Origin: Deltaproteobacteria bacterium
Lineage (GTDB): Bacteria > Desulfobacterota > GWC2-55-46
Reading direction: 5' to 3'
Assembly (NCBI GenBank): GCA_016219025.1
Contig: JACRCM010000100.1
Span: 1 to 62,939, forward strand
DNA length: 62,939 nucleotides
Every line of letters starts with the position of its first letter. The stretch's first letter is position 1. Made by a program: the position numbers and the translations under genes. Positions 34,483 through 43,684 of this stretch are shown here, piece after piece. Under the pieces are notes generated by a model. The model saw only the letters and a list, made by a program, of their open reading frames with translations. It ran no database searches and was not told where the DNA came from.

Positions 34483-34956
34483 ATGTTGCTCAAGATCGCG
34501 CTCTTCTTTCATGTCATATCGGCGATATTCTGGGTCGGCGGGATGCTATTTCTCGTCTTCGTCGTGGCCCCGTACCTGATGACGCTTACCGACCCCGCGG
34601 AAAAGTCGAAGATATATCAGGTGGTCGGAAAGCAGTACAGGTTCTGGGGCTGGATAGCCATCATCCTGCTCCTCGTCACCGGGCCGATAGTCCTATACGC
34701 GCTCTACGGCGTCTCGCCCGGCGGCATCTTCGACCCCGCCTTTCACGCCACGCCTTTCGGCAGGACGCTCGCGGTGAAGCTGACCTTCGTGACGCTCATC
34801 GTCCTCTCAAGCCTGTTCCACGACTTCTACCTCGGCCCAAATGCGCGGACGTCGCCTAAGATATCCAGATGGGCGCGGGTATTTGGACGGACAAACCTGC
34901 TCCTTGCCCTCATCATAGTGATATTGGCCGTGATACTGAGAACGGGCGGGATATAG
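34483..34956 (+). CDS. Four-TM membrane protein, CopD/HemJ-like (family uncertain)
   Basis: FHVISAIFWVGGMLFLVFVVAP plus three further hydrophobic helices. Family assignment is tentative. Confidence 0.6.
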   Translation: MLLKIALFFHVISAIFWVGGMLFLVFVVAPYLMTLTDPAEKSKIYQVVGKQYRFWGWIAIILLLVTGPIVLYALYGVSPGGIFDPAFHATPFGRTLAVKLTFVTLIVLSSLFHDFYLGPNARTSPKISRWARVFGRTNLLLALIIVILAVILRTGGI

Positions 34957-34958
34957 AG

Positions 34959-35522
34959 ATGCACAAGTTCGACCCCAAACACGTTGACAGGCTCCTGCGC
35001 GAGGAGCGCGTGAAGGATATCGCGCCTGAGCGCGTGCTGCGCGAGGCCGGGCTCGGCGACGGCCACGTCTTCGCCGACGTCGGGTGCGGCCCTGGTTTTT
35101 TCACGCTCCCTGCGGCGAATATAGTCGGGCCAAATGGCCGGATCTACGCCATTGACACGCAGCCGGAGATGCTCGACGCCCTCAAAGGGCGCGGTCTCCC
35201 GGCGTGCGTGACTCCAGTTGAATGCGGCGAAGACCGCATCCCCCTGGACGACGGGATAGCCGACCTCGCGCTTGCGGCCTACGTGCTCCACGAGACCAGA
35301 GACACGGTCATATTCCTCAAGGAAGTAAGGCGGATAATCAAAAAAGGCGGGGCCCTGCTCGTAATTGACTGGAAGAAACAGCAGGAGGAGCACGGCCCGC
35401 CCATGGAAGAGCGCATAACCGAGGCCGAGGCCGCGAGACTCATAAAGGCGGCAGGGTTCGCCAACGCCGCCGTATCGTCGATGAACCAGTCCCACTACAG
35501 GATAGTCGCGGTAAAGGAGTAA
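34959..35522 (+). CDS. Class I SAM-dependent methyltransferase (187 aa)
   Basis: Motif I VFADVGCGPGFFTLPAA, followed by IYAIDTQPEML. ATG 34959 lies immediately after the upstream stop. Confidence 0.8.
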   Translation: MHKFDPKHVDRLLREERVKDIAPERVLREAGLGDGHVFADVGCGPGFFTLPAANIVGPNGRIYAIDTQPEMLDALKGRGLPACVTPVECGEDRIPLDDGIADLALAAYVLHETRDTVIFLKEVRRIIKKGGALLVIDWKKQQEEHGPPMEERITEAEAARLIKAAGFANAAVSSMNQSHYRIVAVKE

Positions 35523-35528
35523 ATTACC

Positions 35529-36059
35529 ATGCGGCTTGAGATAAACGGCTGCGCCATCGAGCTTATAAGAGGCGACATCACCCTTGAGGCCACCGGCGCC
35601 ATAGTCAACGCCGCGAACTCAAGGCTTGCCGGCGGAGGCGGCGTGGACGGCGCGATCCACAGGGTCGGCGGCCCGGCCATAATGGACGAGTGCCGCAAGA
35701 TCGGCGGCTGCCCCACCGGAAGCGCGGTCATAACAACCGGGGGCAACCTCAAGGCAGGATACGTCATACACACCGTCGGCCCGGTCTACAGGGACGGGGC
35801 GCACAACGAACCCACCCTCCTCGCAAACGCATACCGGGAAAGCCTATCCCTCGCCCTGTCAAAGGGCATAAAGACCATCTCCTTCCCGTCGATAAGCACC
35901 GGCACATACGGCTACCCGGCAAAGGCCGCGTCAGAGGTGGCCTTAAAGACCATCCTCGCGTTCGTCAAAGCCCATACCGGCCTCACGCTCGTCAGGTTCG
36001 TCCTGTTCTCTGACGCCGACCTGAAGACCTACTCCGGCACGCTCCTGCGCCTGGTGTAG
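35529..36059 (+). CDS. ymdB: Macro-domain protein, O-acetyl-ADP-ribose deacetylase (YmdB-like)
   Basis: GDITLEATGAIVNAANSRLAGGGGVDGAIHRVGGPAIMDECRKIGGCPTGSAVITTGGNLKAGYVIHTVGPVY is the canonical macro-domain motif set. Confidence 0.85.
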   Translation: MRLEINGCAIELIRGDITLEATGAIVNAANSRLAGGGGVDGAIHRVGGPAIMDECRKIGGCPTGSAVITTGGNLKAGYVIHTVGPVYRDGAHNEPTLLANAYRESLSLALSKGIKTISFPSISTGTYGYPAKAASEVALKTILAFVKAHTGLTLVRFVLFSDADLKTYSGTLLRLV

Positions 36060-36084
36060 CGCGCAAGAGGGGTCGCATAAAAAG

Positions 36085-36118
36085 AAATAGGCTCAAACCT
36101 ATTGGTTTGAGCCTATTT
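36085..36118 (+). terminator. Rho-independent-type terminator hairpin after ymdB
   Basis: AAATAGGCTCAAACC-TATT-GGTTTGAGCCTATTT has a perfect 15-bp stem ending in a T-run. Confidence 0.65.
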
Positions 36119-36172
36119 GAATCTGGTGGAGGCGGTGGGGGCTTCCTTAACTGCCTTTTCTAATCCTCTTAA

Positions 36173-36313
36173 GGAACCTCTGATTTATTCCATTGCGTGT
36201 CATTTCGAGGAGTGCTTTTGCGGCGAGAAATCTTGTAACTACCTGTATTGCCTAAGAACACGATTTCTCGCTGCGCTCGAAATGACAGGAAGAAGGAATA
36301 AATCAGAGTCTCC
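36173..36313. repeat. MITE-like element, copy b
   Basis: Termini are GGAACCTCTGATTTATT and GGAATAAATCAGAGTCTCC. Internal palindromes are GTCATTTCGAG...CTCGAAATGAC and GCGAGAAATC...GATTTCTCGC. Its right end supplies the last codons and the stop of the Mrr_N ORF. Confidence 0.7.
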
Positions 36314-36665
36314 GTAACAATCGGTCTTGCTTTACGACCGTTTGGATTATCTTTTTAGGGTCAAGAGATTTAATGTCAAGATCAGCCTTCGATAAATCCC
36401 AAATGCCGCGAGAAGAGTTCTCAAGCAACCCGTATTTTTTAAGGTACGTCCTGCTCCAGTGAAGCTGGTAGTCAACTTCACTTATTGCCTCGTCTGTGCC
36501 ATGAGGAATTTGCAAAAGGTCATCCTTGATTTGCGCAATCTCATAGACCTTGCTATTTATTTCTTCAATTGCCCCGGAACCGCCTAATGCTATCAGCGCT
36601 TGAAGCGTTGGGATAAGAAGTTCAACTTTGCTCGGCGATCCATTCTCTTGTCTTTTCCTTCCCAT
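36303..36665 (-). pseudogene. mrr: Mrr-family restriction protein, N-terminal winged-helix (Mrr_N) fragment only; truncated by the MITE insertion
   Basis: MGRKRQENGSPSKVELLIPTLQALIALGGSGAIEEINSKVYEIAQIKDDLLQIPHGTDEAISEVDYQLHWSRTYLKKYGLLENSSRGIWDLS is Mrr_N-like. There is no catalytic domain. The final residues RRL* are encoded inside the MITE terminus. GC is visibly lower than in the flanks. Confidence 0.6.
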
Positions 36666-36788
36666 CTACCATGCCCCTTTATTCGTTCATCTCCGTGGCC
36701 TCAGGAGTTTCCTCCTGACGCCCCTTCGCGTGCCGACGCGAAGGGGACTCCCGACGGCAAAATATCCGTCCACCGCGCATATCGCCTT

Positions 36789-37745
36789 TTACCCCTTCCC
36801 CGCCCTGCCCTTCTCTATCTCCTCGTAGATAGCCCTCACCTCGTCCATATTCTCTATCTGCTCGAAGATCAGGGGCTTGGGCATCTTGCCGTGGAACTCC
36901 ATCTTTAGGCCGAAGGGGATCATGCCGAGGGACCTTAAAAATCCGAGGGTCTTGAAGGTCATGGCGGCCTCGTCGAGCATCCCGACCCTCTTGACCGAAT
37001 TGGCCATTGACACGGCGTGCTTTGCCCCGTGGTTGTCGGTTATCCCTTCCTTTATCGCGGCGGCGCGCAGGAGCTCTATCGCCTTGAGCGGAGATACGTC
37101 CTTGGGGCAGCACTGGGTGCAGTGGACGCACCGGACGCAGTCCCACATCCCGTGCTCGTCCGAGAGTTTTTCGAGCCGCCGGTATTTTTTACCCTCCCTT
37201 ACGTCCCCGGCAAGCCGCCAAGCCTTGGCAAGGCCGGCCGGCCCGATAAAGTTGGCGTCTATCTCAAGGGCGTTGCACTCGGCGTTGCAACTCCCGCACA
37301 TGATGCACTTCTGGCTCCTGTCTATCACGGCCTGGTCTTCCGCCGTGACCGCCGGCATCTCGTCTTCGTCCTTTGGGGTGAGGTAGGGCTGGACCTTCGC
37401 CATCTTATTCCAGAACGGTGAGAAGTCCACCATCAGGTCTTTTACCGGCGCGTGGTTGGCGAGCGGCTCAAGCGTCATCTCGCCCGTCTTTTTGTACTCA
37501 GGCAGGATTTGCGTCTCGCACGCGAGGCGCGAAAACCCGTTCACGCTCACGGCGCAGGAGCCGCATATCGCGGAGCGGCAGGACTTTCTGAACGAGAGCG
37601 TCGGGTCCTGCTCGCCGCCGATCTTGAGGAGCGCCTCCAGCACGGTCATGCCCTCGGCGACGTCGACCGTATACGCCTGGAAGTAAGGCTTCGTCCCGTC
37701 CTTCTCGGAAGGGTTATAGCGGCGTATCTTGAATTTTATCTTCAT
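36789..37745 (-). CDS. Succinate dehydrogenase/fumarate reductase iron-sulfur subunit-like protein with a C-terminal extension (318 aa); no partner subunits adjacent
   Basis: From ATG 37745: MKIKFKIRRYNPSEKDGTKPYFQAYTVDVAEGMTVLEALLKI...SFRKSCRSAICGSCAVSVNG (2Fe-2S), CIMCGSCNAEC and CVRCVHCTQCCPK (4Fe-4S/3Fe-4S). The ORF-track N-terminal 57 aa is not supported. Confidence 0.8.
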   Translation of the reverse strand: MKIKFKIRRYNPSEKDGTKPYFQAYTVDVAEGMTVLEALLKIGGEQDPTLSFRKSCRSAICGSCAVSVNGFSRLACETQILPEYKKTGEMTLEPLANHAPVKDLMVDFSPFWNKMAKVQPYLTPKDEDEMPAVTAEDQAVIDRSQKCIMCGSCNAECNALEIDANFIGPAGLAKAWRLAGDVREGKKYRRLEKLSDEHGMWDCVRCVHCTQCCPKDVSPLKAIELLRAAAIKEGITDNHGAKHAVSMANSVKRVGMLDEAAMTFKTLGFLRSLGMIPFGLKMEFHGKMPKPLIFEQIENMDEVRAIYEEIEKGRAGKG

Positions 37746-37890
37746 ATAAGTCGTTGATTGCCTGCTGTTGGTTGCAGGGTGAGCTACGCCCGCCATGACG
37801 TTAAATAATCGCTCATGTGAAATGCCCGCCAAAAAATATAAACCGAAATGCCCCGCAAAATAAACAAGTAGACTGCCACAGTTGTTATAG

Positions 37891-38314
37891 TCAGAACCCA
37901 AAAGTAAGGTTGCCACAGTCGTATTGGTCAGCCCCTACTTTTGCCCTTTTTATCCTCAAAAGGGCTTCGGCAATAAAACCTGCGATTACGCCGACTGCGC
38001 CGTCTGTTATTATTACACCAGCGTATATAGTAGCGTATGAGCCTGCCACATTAACACGTAAGGACCTGAATAAGGTCTCAAACAGAAGTCCCCCCCCATA
38101 GACCTAACCCTGTTCCGTAAGTTGAAATGATACGAAGCGGTATCGGCAGCCGCATCCTGAGAGTTAACCAGCCAATCAAAAAAAGCGAACTCGAAAGCAT
38201 GGCGTATATGATTGCGCCTTTCTTCCAAAGCCTGAGTCCACGCCATTTTTGCCACATACAAAAATCTTGTCGCGTGGGCTGTATCCACCTTTTACATGAA
38301 TCATTCACCAGCAT
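37891..38314 (-). pseudogene. Possible small membrane-protein gene frameshifted at a C8/G8 homopolymer (38090-38097)
   Basis: The minus-strand frame ...AIIYAMLSSSLFLIGWLTLRMRLPIPLRIISTYGTGLGLWGG stops 3 codons after the G8 run. Removing one G continues it as LLFETLFRSLRVNVAGSYATIYAGVIITDGAVGVIAGFIAEALLRIKRAK... to the TGA at 37891-37893. Low-GC region, no family recognised. Confidence 0.3.
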
Positions 38315-38394
38315 TATGGTTGGCGCAGCCCGCCCTACGAAATCAGCAACCTTTTATCGTTCCCACGTCCCACGCCGGGGTGCATCCCTTTACC

Positions 38395-38883
38395 TCACCG
38401 CCCTCCGAACCGCTCCTTTAGCCTCTTGGCCACGTTGGGCGTTACGAAGGCGGTTGTTTCGCCGCCGAGGCGGGCTATTTCTTTTATGAACCTTGAGCTT
38501 ACCGGCGCAAAACTCTCGGCGGTCATCATGAAGACGGTCTCTATCTCCGGGTCGAGTTTTCTGTTTATGAGCGCCATCTGGAATTCATACTCGAAGTCCG
38601 ACACCACCCGGAGGCCGCGCAGGACCGTCCGCGCCCGCTTCTTCCTCATGTAATCGATGAGCAGGGAGGAGAACGCCTCGACCCGGACGTTCTTATGCCT
38701 CTTCGTCTCGCGGGCTATCATCTCCACGCGCTCCTCCACGCCGAAGAGCGGGGCCTTGCCCGCGCTGTCGGCCACGGCCACGACGAGTTCGTCGAAGAGG
38801 ACGAGGCCCCGCTCGATGATGTCCAGATGCCCCCTGGTTATCGGGTCGAACGTGCCGGGATAGACTCCTATGTGCTTGGGCAT
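38395..38883 (-). CDS. coaD: Phosphopantetheine adenylyltransferase
   Basis: MPKHIGVYPGTFDPITRGHLDIIERG...SSRFIKEIARLGG is the canonical CoaD sequence pattern. ATG 38883 is the internal start of ORF-track 38395-39204. Confidence 0.9.
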   Translation of the reverse strand: MPKHIGVYPGTFDPITRGHLDIIERGLVLFDELVVAVADSAGKAPLFGVEERVEMIARETKRHKNVRVEAFSSLLIDYMRKKRARTVLRGLRVVSDFEYEFQMALINRKLDPEIETVFMMTAESFAPVSSRFIKEIARLGGETTAFVTPNVAKRLKERFGGR

Positions 38884-38915
38884 GTTTTTATCCGGGTTTG
38901 ATATGCGTGCGCGCC

Positions 38916-39470
38916 TTAGCGCCGGAAGATGTATACAAGCGTGTCTCCGTACCTTCTCTCTTCCGCGAGCCTGAGCGTTGCAAGTTCCGACTGGAGGGGA
39001 TTTCTCTTGGAGGTCTCCGCCACGCATACGCCGTCTTCCGGGAGGAGACCGGATGAATCGAGCGCCCTGAGCGCCTCTGACGCGAGGCCGGAGGCATAAG
39101 GCGGGTCTATGAAGACGAGGCCGAACCGATCGCCTTTTTGAGAGAGTCTTGCTATGGTCTCCAGCGCGCCTCCGCGAAGGACGGCCGAACCGGATACGCC
39201 GCACAGGTCGAGGTTTTTGCGTATCACGGCGCAGGACGCCGGGTCGCTGTCAACGAAGACGGCCTCTTCGGCCCCCCTGCTTATCGCCTCGATGCCCATC
39301 GCGCCCGTTCCAGCGAAGAGGTCTAAGACCCGCTTATAGCCGAACCCTTCGCCCTGGTGCGCGAGGATAGTAAAGACGGCCTCCCTGACCTTGTCGCTGG
39401 TCGGCCTGATGGATTGGCCCTTGGGGCACGCGAGCCTTTTGCCCTTGAGGGCGCCGCTTACGACCCGCAT
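38916..39470 (-). CDS. rsmD: 16S rRNA (guanine966-N2)-methyltransferase
   Basis: MRVVSGALKGKRLACPKGQSIRPTSDKVREAVFTIL...VLDLFAGTGAMGIEAISRGA...VFIDPPY is the RsmD signature, and the rsmD-coaD gene order is conserved. Confidence 0.85.
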   Translation of the reverse strand: MRVVSGALKGKRLACPKGQSIRPTSDKVREAVFTILAHQGEGFGYKRVLDLFAGTGAMGIEAISRGAEEAVFVDSDPASCAVIRKNLDLCGVSGSAVLRGGALETIARLSQKGDRFGLVFIDPPYASGLASEALRALDSSGLLPEDGVCVAETSKRNPLQSELATLRLAEERRYGDTLVYIFRR

Positions 39471-39478
39471 TTTTAAGA

Positions 39479-39907
39479 CTACCGCCCCTCCGCCACGCCA
39501 AAGACCTTGACGGAGATCAGGCGGCTTCTCGGCCCGTCGAATTCGGAGAAGTGTATGGCCTGCCACTGGCCGAGCGCAAGCCTTCCCTTTGTGACCGGTA
39601 TGGTGACGCTGTTGCCGACGACGACGCTCTTCAAGTGCGCGTCGGCGTTTCTGCCGTAGTCGCCCTTGTTGTGCCGGTAGGTGGGTTTGTTGGCGACGAG
39701 TTCCGAAAGAAGGTCGTGAAAGTCGAGTTCGAGCTCGCGGTCGGCGTTGAGCATGTGCAGACCCGCCGTGGTATGTCCCGTGAATACGAGGGCCATGCCT
39801 TCGGTCACGCCGGACTCTCCGATGAGCGTCTCCACCTGGCCGGTGATATTGACCTCTTCAGTCTTGGCACTGGATTTTATCCTGACTGCGCCGGTAAAGA
39901 CCTTCAT
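39479..39907 (-). CDS. yjbQ: YjbQ-family secondary thiamine-phosphate synthase enzyme
   Basis: ITGQVETLIGESGVTEGMALVFTGHTTAGLHMLNADRELELDF...DAHLKSVVVGNSVTIPVTKGRLALGQWQAIHFSEFDGPRSR matches UPF0047/YjbQ. Confidence 0.85.
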   Translation of the reverse strand: MKVFTGAVRIKSSAKTEEVNITGQVETLIGESGVTEGMALVFTGHTTAGLHMLNADRELELDFHDLLSELVANKPTYRHNKGDYGRNADAHLKSVVVGNSVTIPVTKGRLALGQWQAIHFSEFDGPRSRLISVKVFGVAEGR

Positions 39908-40034
39908 CCGCTCCCGCCCTCCCTGAGCAAGCCATGCCGCGCGTCCGTGGCCGCGCAATGGCGTCTCTGTTTTTTTATAACATCCGTAACCTGACGGACG
40001 ATGCGCATCCGCGGCGCGTCCGGCGCCAACCGCG

Positions 40035-40289
40035 TCAAGCCTTGAACTTGCCCACCGCCGAGATGACGCCGCACCTGATGGCGTCGCTTATTATCCTCTT
40101 CGCGTCCTCGACCATGCCGTGCTCCACGGCGATCCTCATCTCCGCGTGTTCCCCGTTGCCGTGGGACGTTGCCGAGCAGTTTTTTATCCGGCAGCTTATG
40201 TGGGAGCCCGCCATGAGCGTCTCAAGCACGTCGGCGTCGAATGCGTTGTAAAATGCGTATAGGTCGATGAGGTTTATCTTGCTGGCCAT
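40035..40289 (-). CDS. Hypothetical small protein (84 aa)
   Basis: ORF with coding-like composition in a gap between annotated genes. No motif recognised. Confidence 0.4.
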   Translation of the reverse strand: MASKINLIDLYAFYNAFDADVLETLMAGSHISCRIKNCSATSHGNGEHAEMRIAVEHGMVEDAKRIISDAIRCGVISAVGKFKA

Positions 40290-40352
40290 GCCCTTTGAGT
40301 ATATTGAATACTCATGGATTTGTCAATTGTTTATGGGCGGGGGAGGAACTTT

Positions 40353-41546
40353 TCAATATGTCAAAATGGCGGATCCGGCGAGGCGCGAGGAGACTTCGTT
40401 CGCCACGGGTATCCCCTTCGCGCCGAGGCGGAGCGTCCCGGATGCCTCTTCAAGGAACCCGTCTTGCGCAAGGGCGGCCCAGGCGGAGAAGACCTCGGTG
40501 GGCGGCTTGTTGAAGCGTCTTTCAAAGGACAGCGCGTCCATGCCGGCCTCAAGGTCGCGCAGCCCCAGCATTATCGCCTCGTCGAGCGCCTCCGCCACGC
40601 CGAGCGGCTCAGAACCCGCAATGGCGTCCCTGCCGGATTCGATCCGCTGCATGTAATCGTCCGGGGAGGCCGCGTTCCACCAGCGTCTGCCCCATTGCGG
40701 ATACGAGAGATGCGAGTGCGCGCCCGCGCCCAGGCCGACGTAGTCCTTCCCGCGCCAGTAGGCGCGGTTGTGTCTTGCCTCATGGCCCGGACGCGAGAAG
40801 TTGGATATCTCGTAATGATGGAACCCGGCATCCTTGAGGAGGGCTATGGCCGAGACATACATGGCGAGTTCGTCTTCCTCAGGCGGCTTGCGGATGACGC
40901 CGTCCCGCTCCAGCCGCGCATAAGGCGTGGACTCCTCTATCGCAAGCCCGTAGACGGAGACGTGCTCCGGCCCAAGCGCGATGATGCTTCTTACGTCCTC
41001 CTCCCAGTCTTTTACGCCCTGCCCCGGAACGCCGAAGATGAGGTCTACCCCTGCGTTAGTGAATCCGGCCTCGCGGCCCTCATGGAACGCCTCCACCGCC
41101 CTCGTTGCCGAGTGGGGCCTGCCCAGCGTCGAGAGGAGCGCATCGCGCAGCGACTGCACTCCGATGGAGAGCCTGTTCATGCCGGCGTCTTTATAGCCCT
41201 TGAGTTTTGAGGCGCTTACGGTGTCCGGGTTGACCTCGATGGTGGCCTCTATCCGTCCGCGGAATCCGAAGGCCGAGCGGATGCCGCCGGTTATGGCGGC
41301 TATGGCCTCAGGCGAGAGGAGCGACGGCGTGCCGCCGCCGACGTAGATGGACGAAAGAGGCCGGACGAGAGCTTCCCTCTCAAGGGTCATGGCCAGCTCG
41401 GACAAGACCGTCTTGACGTATCTCTCCTCCGGCGGCCTCGCGGCGACGGAATTGAAGTCGCAGTACGGGCACTTGGACGCGCAGACCGGCACGTGGACAT
41501 AGACGCCTATAGGCCCTTCATCGATGGATATCCGCACTGTCTTCAA
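40353..41546 (-). CDS. hemW: Radical SAM heme chaperone HemW (coproporphyrinogen III oxidase-like)
   Basis: GVYVHVPVCASKCPYCDFNS (CxxxCxxC), GGGTPS, and a C-terminal HemN_C-like domain. Confidence 0.9.
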   Translation of the reverse strand: MKTVRISIDEGPIGVYVHVPVCASKCPYCDFNSVAARPPEERYVKTVLSELAMTLEREALVRPLSSIYVGGGTPSLLSPEAIAAITGGIRSAFGFRGRIEATIEVNPDTVSASKLKGYKDAGMNRLSIGVQSLRDALLSTLGRPHSATRAVEAFHEGREAGFTNAGVDLIFGVPGQGVKDWEEDVRSIIALGPEHVSVYGLAIEESTPYARLERDGVIRKPPEEDELAMYVSAIALLKDAGFHHYEISNFSRPGHEARHNRAYWRGKDYVGLGAGAHSHLSYPQWGRRWWNAASPDDYMQRIESGRDAIAGSEPLGVAEALDEAIMLGLRDLEAGMDALSFERRFNKPPTEVFSAWAALAQDGFLEEASGTLRLGAKGIPVANEVSSRLAGSAILTY

Positions 41547-41694
41547 TTAAGGTTTTTTATCGGTGATTATGCGCCGGCAAAGGCCCTTCGGCCTCGCCCG
41601 GCACTGGAACGCGCCTTCCTTGTATTCTACCACCTTGCGCCGGGGCAATAAATCTAAAAGTCTAAAAAATAATCTTCAGGCAAAAAGATATCTG

Positions 41695-41723
41695 TTGACG
41701 AATGGCCGAATGTGCAGTATATA
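41695..41723 (+). promoter_or_regulatory. Sigma70-type promoter (TTGACG - 17 nt - TATATA)
   Basis: TTGACG at 41695-41700 and TATATA at 41718-41723, in an AT-rich intergenic region 30 nt upstream of ATG 41754. Confidence 0.5.
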
Positions 41724-41753
41724 AGTTCTTAACTCCGTAGCGGCGGTGGTTGC

Positions 41754-42125
41754 ATGGAACGACGCAGGATACTCCCGGTCTTCGAGCACAGAAGCCAGTC
41801 CATAGTGCCCCTCGGCGTGTTCGTGACGCGCCTTTTGAGGAGCGCGGCCGTCGCCGCGCTTGTCGCGGCTGCAGCGCTCACAGCGGGGATGCTCGGATAT
41901 CATCTGACCGAGGGGTTGAGCTGGGTGGACTCGTTCCTCAACGCCTCGATGATACTCGGAGGCATGGGCCCGGTCAATGAGATACGCTCGAACGCAGGCA
42001 AGATATTCGCCGGATGCTACGCGCTGTTCTCAGGTCTCGTCTTCATCGTCACCGTCGGCATCCTTTTCGCCCCGGTGCTCCACCGGTTTTTGCACAGGTT
42101 TCATCTGGAAGGCGGGGGCAGGTAG
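41754..42125 (+). CDS. Small 2-TM membrane protein, ion-channel pore-like (123 aa)
   Basis: A TM-pore helix-TM layout (LSWVDSFLNASMILGGMGPV between two hydrophobic helices) resembles K+-channel pore domains but lacks TVGYG. Confidence 0.55.
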   Translation: MERRRILPVFEHRSQSIVPLGVFVTRLLRSAAVAALVAAAALTAGMLGYHLTEGLSWVDSFLNASMILGGMGPVNEIRSNAGKIFAGCYALFSGLVFIVTVGILFAPVLHRFLHRFHLEGGGR

Positions 42126-42166
42126 GAAGGTTCGCCCGCGTATTAAGACAACGGAGCAAGGCCGTC

Positions 42167-43684
42167 ATGGAAGAGGAGTTCAAGGCGGAAGAGGCCGTCT
42201 CAGAGGCCGAGAAGAGGTTTGAGCTATACCGCAGGACCGTGAGCCTGTTCCTCGGCCCGGCCGTCTTTCTCATATTATTCCTCACCCCCATGCCGCCGCT
42301 CACCGCGCAGTCGCACTCGCTCGCGGCGGTGCTGGGCCTCGTCCTTATATACTGGATAGGCGAACCCGTGCCCATACCGGTCACGGCGGTTCTTGGACCA
42401 GTCCTGTGCGTCATGCTCGGCGTCGCAAAGTCCTCCGTTGTCTTTGCCCCGTTCGCCCACCCGATAATCTTCCTCTTCATCGGGAGCTTCATGCTGGCCG
42501 AGGCCATGAAAGCGCACCGGCTCGACTACCGCATCTCGCTCGGCATCCTATCGCTCCCTTGGGTGGGCGGCTCGTACCTCGGCGTCTTCATCGCCATCGC
42601 CGCCATACCGGCGGCCATGTCCATGTGGATAAGCGACAGCGCCACGACCGCGATGATATACCCCATCACCGTCGGCATCGCGGGCGCGGTCAGCCGCCTC
42701 TCCTCCGGCGCGACTTCGAGGTTCTCGACCGGCCTCCTCCTCACGATAGCCTACGCCGCGCTCATAGGCGGCATCGGCACGCCGGTCGGCACGCCGCCGA
42801 ACCTCATCGGCATAGGCATGATCGACAAGCTCGCGGGCGTGAGGATAGACTTTTTCCAATGGATGCTCATGGCCGTCCCGATAATGATCGCTATGTTCAT
42901 CGCCATGCTCGTCTACATGTTCGCGGCGCACAGGCCGCCCGGAAAAGAGGTAAGCGGATTGAGCGCGTTCATCAACGAGAAACGCTCCGAACTCGGAGGC
43001 TGGACCAGGGGGCAGAAGAATACGCTCGCCGCCTTCTCAATCGCGGCAATCCTGTGGGTCACCCCGGGCGTGGCCCTGAGCCTCTTCGGCGAGACCTCTG
43101 GCATACACGGGTTCCTCGACGCCTACCTCCGCGAGGAGATAGTCTCGCTGATAGCCGCCATGATCCTCTTTTTTACGCCGGTCGATTGGAAGGAGCGGCG
43201 CTTTACCCTATCGTGGGCCGAGGCCGTTAGGATCGACTGGGGCACCATCCTATTATTCGGCGGCGGACTCTCCCTCGGCGGCCTCATGTTCTCCACCGGG
43301 CTTGCCGACGCCATAGGCACGGCGCTCATCCAGGCGACCGGCGTAAACACCCTCTGGGGGATAACGGCCATGGCCACCGGCCTTGCCATCGTGGCAACCG
43401 AGGTCACGTCCAACACCGCCACGGCCAACATGCTCGTGCCGCTTATGATATCCATCGCAAAGACCGCCGGGACAAGTCCCGTGCCCCCGGCCATAGGCGT
43501 GTGTCTTGGCGCGAGCATGGCCTTCATGCTTCCGGTCTCAACACCTTCCAACGCCATCGTCTACGGCTCAGGCCGCGTCCCCATAACGAGCATGATAAGG
43601 GCCGGGGCAGCGCTCGACGTAGTCAGCTTCTTCGTGATAATGGCCGGCCTCAGGATCATGTGTCCGCTTCTGGGGCTGGCGTAA
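42167..43684 (+). CDS. DASS/SLC13-family sodium-coupled anion symporter (505 aa)
   Basis: From ATG 42167: MEEEFK...LIYWIGEPVPIPVTAVLGPVL...SNTATANMLVPL...PVSTPSNAIVYGSG, the typical DASS hairpin motifs (SNT / STPSNA). Confidence 0.85.
   Translation: MEEEFKAEEAVSEAEKRFELYRRTVSLFLGPAVFLILFLTPMPPLTAQSHSLAAVLGLVLIYWIGEPVPIPVTAVLGPVLCVMLGVAKSSVVFAPFAHPIIFLFIGSFMLAEAMKAHRLDYRISLGILSLPWVGGSYLGVFIAIAAIPAAMSMWISDSATTAMIYPITVGIAGAVSRLSSGATSRFSTGLLLTIAYAALIGGIGTPVGTPPNLIGIGMIDKLAGVRIDFFQWMLMAVPIMIAMFIAMLVYMFAAHRPPGKEVSGLSAFINEKRSELGGWTRGQKNTLAAFSIAAILWVTPGVALSLFGETSGIHGFLDAYLREEIVSLIAAMILFFTPVDWKERRFTLSWAEAVRIDWGTILLFGGGLSLGGLMFSTGLADAIGTALIQATGVNTLWGITAMATGLAIVATEVTSNTATANMLVPLMISIAKTAGTSPVPPAIGVCLGASMAFMLPVSTPSNAIVYGSGRVPITSMIRAGAALDVVSFFVIMAGLRIMCPLLGLA

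Noticed and set aside
36124-36141. TGGTGGAGGCGGTGGGGG resembles the reverse complement of a tRNA 3' end (CCA + acceptor + T-stem)
   Set aside because: No T-loop (TTCGA-type) or the rest of a cloverleaf follows. At best it is a short att-like remnant, and it cannot be supported as a tRNA gene.
36679-37146. 155-aa minus-strand ORF and 102/66-aa plus-strand ORFs around 36600-36908
   Set aside because: They overlap the 3' part of the SdhB-like gene in other frames or strands, have low-complexity R/G/P composition, and lack any support.
40314-41210. 298-aa plus-strand ORF
   Set aside because: It is antisense to hemW, which has clear radical SAM motifs on the minus strand.
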